Shown piece by piece: positions 58,027 to 64,000 of a DNA stretch of 64,000 nucleotides; the first letter of the stretch is position 1, and each line of letters starts with the position of its first letter. This DNA comes from an uncultured Verrucomicrobiota bacterium (lineage in GTDB: Bacteria > Verrucomicrobiota > Kiritimatiellia > PWTM01). Position numbers and translations under genes: made by a program. The notes under the pieces were generated by a model that did no database searches, was not told the origin of the DNA, and saw nothing but the letters and a program-made list of their open reading frames with translations. The stretch spans positions 7,676 to 71,675 of the forward strand of contig CAYODK010000004.1 in assembly GCA_964402695.1 (NCBI GenBank). The letters are read 5' to 3'.

Positions 58027-59999
58027 ACCGCCTCCGCGCAGCAGGATCCATCGTTCTGGCCCTGGGCACCGCGGCGATGCCGGCGCCTCCGCCGGGGGAA
58101 CCCAATCCTGCGGCGAGTCCGGCCGGGGCGCGGTCTTCCGAAACGGAAAGACTCGTCGCCGAAACCCACGCAGCCTCGCTCAAACTGCGGGAGGCCGCCT
58201 TGCGCAGGACCATCGCCAACGACACCGCGTGGCCGAAGGGCACGTGGGGCGACAACCTGTGGACCCTCGCCGCGCTCCGCCTCAATGAGAAGACCGGCCC
58301 GGCGAACGCCCGCCTGCTCAATGCCGCGAACGAATACATCGAAGGCCACCGGGCCGGCGGCGAACTCGTCTCGCCCACTCCGGAGAAGCCGGACGGCGCG
58401 CCCTGGACGTTCTTCTCCATCACCGACTACGTTCGCACGCTCTGCCTGTTCCATTCCAAGAGCGCCCGTTTCCCGGGACGGATGACAACCGAAACCGAAG
58501 CCGCGATGAAGGAAGCGTTGTGGCTCTGGGCCAGCCGGTCAAGCCGACTCGACGACTATGGTCCCGACGACTTCTTTCTGCTCCTGGGCACCGAGAACCA
58601 CGATCTCAACATTCGCCCCGTCCACCACCTCCTGACCTCGCTGCTGAAGGACGATCCGGCCTACCGCGACCGCAGGCTGGCCGATGGCCATACCACGGCG
58701 GAACACGCGGCCGCCCACACCGCCTTCTTCCGCGAATGGCCGCGCCGCCGCGCGAAGACCGGCCTCTGGGCCGAGGTCGGCTCGACCACGTATCAGAAGT
58801 ACTCCTGGCCCGCCCTGTTCAACCTCCATGAACTCTCGCCCGATCCCGTCGTCCGCCACCGCTTCGGCCTGCTGCTCGATCTTGCGCTCATCGAGGAAGC
58901 CCAGATCTCCGTGAAGGGCCGGCGCGGCGGCGGGCGAAGCCGGGCCGGCCACGAACCGGGCGGTTTCGAGGCCATGAAGGCCCTGCTCTATGGCGAGGGC
59001 GGAGGTTCCAGCCACTCGCGAGTGCTGGAGTCCAGTCTTTACCAGGCGCCGCCCGAGGCGATCCTGCTCCGCAAGCGGGCCTTTCCCGCGGAGGGGCCTT
59101 TCTTCATCCGCAATCGTGTCCTGGGGGAACTCGAAACGGCCGGATCGGAAGGAGAGACGGGGCAACGGCTCACCGCCGACTCCGCCCTGGTCAACTACGC
59201 CTACCGGACGCCTCACTACATACTCGGCAGCACGCTGCAGAACCCTGCGCTCTCGATGATGGATCCGGTGGCCGGAAGCCCCGTCCTCAAGTACTCCGGG
59301 ATCTCCCGCCAGAAGCGCGCCTGCGGACTGCTCTTCGACGAGCCCACCTCGCCGACGGTCAGCGAGGTTCACCCGGTCGTCGAGGACACGGCCGGCGGGC
59401 GCCCGCAGCATTCGTTCTGGAGCGTCCAGCACGAGAACGTCCTGCTCGTCCAGCGCATCGCCAGCCACCGGAAGAGCAGCTTCGGTTCCTACAGCACAGG
59501 CAAGCTGGGCATGCGGTTCGAGGGGGCCGGCCTCGAGAAGATCGAGGAGGGCGGCTGGATCTTCGCCGGCAACGGGAAGGCCTTCGTCGGCGTGAAGTTC
59601 CTCGATGGCGCGCACCGATGGGATGAGAAACGGGTACAGGCCGACCCCGCGGACTTCAAGGGCGCCGGCGACACCACCCGCATCCTGCTTCACGCCGGGG
59701 ATGTCGCCAGCCACGGCTCGTTCGACCGCTTCCGCGAGGCGGTGCGCGCCCATCCGCTCGTGGTGACCGCGGACACGGTCGACTACCGCTTCGGCGCGCA
59801 GCGCATCGAGATGAACCGCTACGACGCGACGGTGCCGCAGGCCTTTGTCCTCCCGCGCATCAACGGCGCCCCCGTCGAACTCCGCCCCGCGGCCACGTAT
59901 CAAAGCCCCTACCTCAACGGGGCCTTCGGCGGCGACCGGATCACGGTGACCGTCGGCCCCATCACGCGGGTGCTCGATTTTGCAGGGGAGGGCGGATAA
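58023..59999 (+). CDS. Secreted hypothetical protein (helical N-terminal half, beta-rich C-terminal half)
   Basis: Signal peptide; ATGA coupling to the upstream gene; GTENHDL and WAEVGSTTYQKY motifs; coding-like codon usage. Confidence 0.7.
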   Translation: MNRLRAAGSIVLALGTAAMPAPPPGEPNPAASPAGARSSETERLVAETHAASLKLREAALRRTIANDTAWPKGTWGDNLWTLAALRLNEKTGPANARLLNAANEYIEGHRAGGELVSPTPEKPDGAPWTFFSITDYVRTLCLFHSKSARFPGRMTTETEAAMKEALWLWASRSSRLDDYGPDDFFLLLGTENHDLNIRPVHHLLTSLLKDDPAYRDRRLADGHTTAEHAAAHTAFFREWPRRRAKTGLWAEVGSTTYQKYSWPALFNLHELSPDPVVRHRFGLLLDLALIEEAQISVKGRRGGGRSRAGHEPGGFEAMKALLYGEGGGSSHSRVLESSLYQAPPEAILLRKRAFPAEGPFFIRNRVLGELETAGSEGETGQRLTADSALVNYAYRTPHYILGSTLQNPALSMMDPVAGSPVLKYSGISRQKRACGLLFDEPTSPTVSEVHPVVEDTAGGRPQHSFWSVQHENVLLVQRIASHRKSSFGSYSTGKLGMRFEGAGLEKIEEGGWIFAGNGKAFVGVKFLDGAHRWDEKRVQADPADFKGAGDTTRILLHAGDVASHGSFDRFREAVRAHPLVVTADTVDYRFGAQRIEMNRYDATVPQAFVLPRINGAPVELRPAATYQSPYLNGAFGGDRITVTVGPITRVLDFAGEGG

Positions 60000-60089
60000 C
60001 GCCGGAGCATTGCGCCGGCCGGCCGTGCCGCGCATGGACCCGGGAGGGGCGGCGGCCCACCCGCCCGGAACCGCGGTGTGGCTGAGCCG

Positions 60090-60335
60090 AGGGTACGGGT
60101 TCAGTTCGTACGCCGCGATTCGCCCGTCGAAGGTCCGGCCCGTCGCGTGGATCACCTCGCAACGCTCCGTGCGGTCCGCCATCTGCGCCCACACCCCGGG
60201 ATCGATCCTCACCCGGTCCTCTGGAAGGACGCGAAGTGCTCGCTCAACCAATCCGGCTCGATGGAGACCCCGCCCTCCAGCGACTCGGCGATCCTGTTCG
60301 GGACCGCGGGCATGTCCAGGCACAGGGGGGTGACG
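60090..60335 (-). pseudogene. WYL-domain transcriptional regulator relic
   Basis: Minus strand reads TPLCLDMPAVPNRIAESLEGGVSIEPDWLSEHF, then after a frameshift VLPEDRVRIDPGVWAQMADRTERCEVIHATGRTFDGRIAAYELNPY, recalling the linker and start of PVC WYL (PafB-like) proteins. Confidence 0.55.
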
Positions 60336-60481
60336 CCATCCACCGCAAACAGCCATCGAACCCGGGCTCTTGCCTTCCCGACCACGTTCTGACAGTGTCT
60401 CCACCGCGAAATCGCGCATTCAGGCTGGCGAAGTCGGGCGGGTGCCCGGACCAGCCGAAGAGTGATTTCTCATCCAGAACG

Positions 60482-62503
60482 ATGACGCGCGTTTTGCTGG
60501 CACTTCTTGCCTCGGTCCTGCCCTTGCCCGCACAAGAAGCGGGAAGGCCTGACTCCGGCCCGCCCATCGTCGTGTTGCTTGCCGACGACCTCGGGCGGGG
60601 CGACGTGGGTTCTCGGGGCAGCGGGATCCAGACCCCGCATCTCGACGCGCTGGCGCGGGATGGCGTGCGCCGGGAGCCGTTTTGCGTCCAGCCGGTTTGT
60701 TCATCCACCCTCGAGCAAGAGCGCCCGCTCGACGGACGCGACGCTTGGCCGGCCATCGCCCATGACCAACCCCCACCGCACGAGGTCCTCGTCCACAACG
60801 TGACCCCGTGGTCCGGCGCGATGCGCATGGAAAAATGGGAGCCTGTGCACAACGGCGGATTCGAAGCCAACGCGACCGGAGCGTCGGAACAAGACACCAT
60901 CAAACTCTTCGACATCGCCGCCGACCCGAACGAACGGACCGACCTCGAGCGCGCGCATCCCGGAACCGTCGCCCAACTCCGCGCCCGGCTGGAGACTTCG
61001 CCTGGCGAGGCCGTGCCTCCGAATCTTCCTCCGAACCAGGCGCCGGAAGGCTCCATCGTGCCGCGCGTTCGGAGCGTGCCCCGGCCGAACATCATCCTCA
61101 TCCATGCCGACGATCTCGGCTACGGTGGACTCGGTTGCTACGGTCAGAAGCTCATCCAGACGCCGCGTATCGATCGAATGGCGGCCGAAGGCATGCGCTT
61201 CACCGATTTCTACGCCGCCAGCGCCGCGTGTGTCCCTTCCCGCTGCGGACTGCTAACCGGTCTGCATTCCGGTCATGCCGCCATCCGCGACAATCTCCTC
61301 CCGCATGTCGATATCACGAAGGGGAATGGCGGGGGCTACATGGAGCAGTATCCCCGGGGCGTCTGGCCGCCCGTGGTTCCCACCCTCGGCCAGGTGATCA
61401 AGAGCGCGGGCTACCGCTCCGCCCAATTCGGAAAGCTGGAAGCCGGCATCCCCATGCCACCCGGGAAAATGACCGACCATGGCTGGGACGTCTGGTTCGG
61501 ATTCCGCGGAACCGGCGAAGCCTTCCAATACTACCCGCTGGAGCTGTGGAAGAACGACGTGCGGATCCCCTTCGACGCGAACCGGGCCGAGGACGTGCGC
61601 CGCCCGGGCATTGTCGGCGACAAGGGCGTCTATTCCCAAGACCTGTTTGTTGAAGAGATTCTGCGCTTCATCGGCGAGAACAAGGAGCAGCCGTTCTTCA
61701 TCTACTTTCCCACCCAGGTGCCCCACGGGCGTTCGCCCCGCGACGGCGACCAGATCCAGGTGCCCGACATCGGCCCCTACGCGGACCGCCCGTGGACCCA
61801 TCTTGAGAAGCTCTATGCCGCCATGCTCTCGCGTTTCGACAGCCATGTCGGTCGCATCCTCGACGAGCTGGGGAAACGGGGGCTCGATGCTAACACCATC
61901 GTCCTGCTGACCAGCGACAATGGCGACGAGAACAGCTACTACGAATTCACCGACCGTTTCAACGGCACCGGTCCCCTGCGCGGCAAGAAGCGGTTCCTCT
62001 ACGAAGGCGGCATCCGCGTGCCCATGATCGCGCGCTGGCCCGGGCGTATCCAGGCCGGTCAAACCAGCGATCTGCCGTGGGCGGCGTGGGATCTCATGGC
62101 CACCCTCGCCGATCTGGCCTCCACCGGGACTCCTCCGCACAGCGATGGCATCTCGGTGGCGCCCACGCTGGTGGGCCGCCCGGAACTCCAGCAATCTCGC
62201 CCGTATCTCTACTGGGAGTTCCACCAGGGCAAACAGCAGGCGGTCCGCATGGGCCGATGGAAAGGCGTGCGCTTCGGCGGCACCAAGGAACCGCTCGAAC
62301 TCTACGATCTCGAGAACGACATCGGAGAAAGAACCAACATCGCCAGCGACCACCCGGGGATCGTCGCCCGCATCCTCGGCATCATGGAATCCGCCCGCGA
62401 GGGATCCGAATTCACCAAGCTCTGGCCGATCCCGGAACACCGCCGCCCCGACATCCGCATGGACCAGTTCATCTACGATCAACTCCGGAACGGGATCCGA
62501 TAA
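60482..62503 (+). CDS. Arylsulfatase (family S1) fused behind an internally deleted sulfatase relic
   Basis: Relic IVVLLADDLG...TPHLD...VCSST jumps to PLDGRDAW...LFDIAADPNE; intact domain has PNIILIHADDLGYG, CVPSRCGLLTG, SDNG, GKKRFLYEGGIRVP and ELYDLENDIGE. Confidence 0.85.
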   Translation: MTRVLLALLASVLPLPAQEAGRPDSGPPIVVLLADDLGRGDVGSRGSGIQTPHLDALARDGVRREPFCVQPVCSSTLEQERPLDGRDAWPAIAHDQPPPHEVLVHNVTPWSGAMRMEKWEPVHNGGFEANATGASEQDTIKLFDIAADPNERTDLERAHPGTVAQLRARLETSPGEAVPPNLPPNQAPEGSIVPRVRSVPRPNIILIHADDLGYGGLGCYGQKLIQTPRIDRMAAEGMRFTDFYAASAACVPSRCGLLTGLHSGHAAIRDNLLPHVDITKGNGGGYMEQYPRGVWPPVVPTLGQVIKSAGYRSAQFGKLEAGIPMPPGKMTDHGWDVWFGFRGTGEAFQYYPLELWKNDVRIPFDANRAEDVRRPGIVGDKGVYSQDLFVEEILRFIGENKEQPFFIYFPTQVPHGRSPRDGDQIQVPDIGPYADRPWTHLEKLYAAMLSRFDSHVGRILDELGKRGLDANTIVLLTSDNGDENSYYEFTDRFNGTGPLRGKKRFLYEGGIRVPMIARWPGRIQAGQTSDLPWAAWDLMATLADLASTGTPPHSDGISVAPTLVGRPELQQSRPYLYWEFHQGKQQAVRMGRWKGVRFGGTKEPLELYDLENDIGERTNIASDHPGIVARILGIMESAREGSEFTKLWPIPEHRRPDIRMDQFIYDQLRNGIR

Positions 62504-62598
62504 CCCGCGCCATGGCGCAGGAAGCGGAAACCCCTCCATCGGCGGTGTCGGTGCGATGGAAACGAGCAATGATGGACGAAGTGGAAAGGGGCGCGGGG

Positions 62599-64000
62599 AT
62601 GTCGATCGGGATGCGATGGCGTGCGAGCGTGCTGACGCTGGTGATCGGGGCGGTCGGTCGGGGCGCGACCGTCGCGGCGGCGTTCGTGCTGGCGGGGCCG
62701 GAGGGTGCGGCGCCGGTGTTCGTCGCGCCGGGCGAGCCCGAATGCGTGCGGCTCGCGGCGGGGGACCTCGTGCGCGATGTCGCGCGGGTCACGGGCCGGA
62801 CGGCCGCGCATGCGAAGGACGCCGAGGCCGCGGGCGTCGTGCTCGCCTCCGTCAACCGGCCGGAGTCGGCCGCGCTGCTCGACCGCCTGGCCCCGGGATT
62901 CGCCGGCGGGCTGGCGGGGAAGTGGGAGGCGTACCGGGTGGAGACCGTCGGACCGCGGCTGATCGTCGCCGGCAGCGACGAGCGCGGGACGATGTTCGGG
63001 CTGTACGCGTTCATCGAAGAGCAGCTCGGTGTCGACCCGCTCCACTTCTGGACCTCGCGCGAGCCGCGCAAGAGGGCGACGCTCGAATGGGACCGCGTCC
63101 GCATCGCGTCCGACGGGCCGTCCTTCAAATTCCGCGGCGGGTTCATCAACGACGAGGACCTGCTGACCGAGTGGAAGGAAAGCGGCGGCACGCGCCGGAT
63201 CGACTACCCGTACTACGCGCAGGTCGTGCCCCGCGAGGTCATGCGAGCGGTCGCCGAGTCGCTCGTGCGCAGCCGCTGCAACCTGATCATCCCGGCGAGC
63301 TTCGTCGACATCCTCAACCCGCCCGAGGCGGCGCTGCTGGAGGAATGCGCGCGCCGCGGCGTGTTCCTCTCCCAGCACCACGTCGAGCCGATGGGCGTGA
63401 GCGCCTTCGCATACTTCAACTACTGGAAGGCGCGTGGGAAGGATCTCAAGTACTCGTACTTCAGCCACCCGGACGAGGTGCGCGAGGTGTGGCGCGTCTA
63501 CGCGGAGAAGTGGGCGGCCCACCCGAACGTGATCTGGCAGCTCGGCCTGCGCGGCATCGCGGACCGGCCGATGTGGATGGCCGATCCCTCGACGCCGCAG
63601 TCGGACGCCGACCGCGGGCGGCTGATCTCGGCTGCGATGGCGGAGCAGGTCCGGATCCTCGACGAGGTGGCCCCGGGCCGGCCGCGGATCATGTCCACGA
63701 CCCTCTGGGCCGAGGGCTCCGCGCTCAACCGGCAGGGGCTTCTGTCGATCCCGACGAACACGATCGTCGTCTTCGCCGACAACTCGCCGGGCTGGAAATG
63801 GCAGGAGGACTTCCACTCCACGCCGCGAGATTCGCGCAACGCCTACGGTGTCTACTACCACCACGGCCTGATCGGCTCCGGGCCGCACCTCGCGCAGGTG
63901 CCGTCGCCGCGGAAGACGCACGAGTGCCTGCGGATGGCAATGGACAAGGGCGCCGGGACCTATGCGATCTGCAACGTCGGCAACATCCGCGAGTTCGTGC
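62599..64000 (+). CDS. GH115 alpha-glucuronidase-like glycoside hydrolase, truncated by the window end
   Basis: Open frame to the end of the window; IVAGSDERGTMFGLY...LGVDPLHFW and FRGGFINDEDL motifs; in-frame ATGs at 62512, 62569, 62599 and 62611, so the start is uncertain. Confidence 0.8.
   Translation, partial: MSIGMRWRASVLTLVIGAVGRGATVAAAFVLAGPEGAAPVFVAPGEPECVRLAAGDLVRDVARVTGRTAAHAKDAEAAGVVLASVNRPESAALLDRLAPGFAGGLAGKWEAYRVETVGPRLIVAGSDERGTMFGLYAFIEEQLGVDPLHFWTSREPRKRATLEWDRVRIASDGPSFKFRGGFINDEDLLTEWKESGGTRRIDYPYYAQVVPREVMRAVAESLVRSRCNLIIPASFVDILNPPEAALLEECARRGVFLSQHHVEPMGVSAFAYFNYWKARGKDLKYSYFSHPDEVREVWRVYAEKWAAHPNVIWQLGLRGIADRPMWMADPSTPQSDADRGRLISAAMAEQVRILDEVAPGRPRIMSTTLWAEGSALNRQGLLSIPTNTIVVFADNSPGWKWQEDFHSTPRDSRNAYGVYYHHGLIGSGPHLAQVPSPRKTHECLRMAMDKGAGTYAICNVGNIREFV

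Overview
A very GC-rich bacterial window, most consistent with a PVC-superphylum organism such as Kiritimatiellia or Lentisphaeria (inferred from gene content and repeat types). It is almost entirely a giant glycan-degradation region. It encodes a GH78 C-terminus, a YetA/PcRGLX-like protein, a GH2 beta-mannosidase, two paralogous clan GH-A (GH39-like) enzymes, GH13, GH5-like, two GH106(-like), GH65-like, two DUF6259, GH50-like, PL7-like and GH115 proteins. It also encodes SGNH, beta-helix, LVIVD and BNR proteins, sulfatases and several oxidoreductases. An XylR/AraC-regulated SDR-MFS-lactonase-dehydratase operon looks like an oxidative sugar catabolic pathway. All credible intact genes from 11.7 kb to the end lie on the + strand, and many are translationally coupled. 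The most striking feature beyond the genes is a set of several palindromic REP-like repeat families. They form mosaic nests between genes and also sit in frame inside coding sequences (XylR core, MFS N-terminus, MBL hydrolase C-terminus, a DUF6259 signal peptide). There is also a thrice-repeated TTCCAA-N3-TTGGAA doublet with a fixed 17-bp spacer. Several internally deleted gene relics (two sulfatases and a WYL regulator) cluster at 55.8-61.1 kb. No rRNA, tRNA, CRISPR array or transposase was seen. All family assignments come from motif recognition, not database searches.
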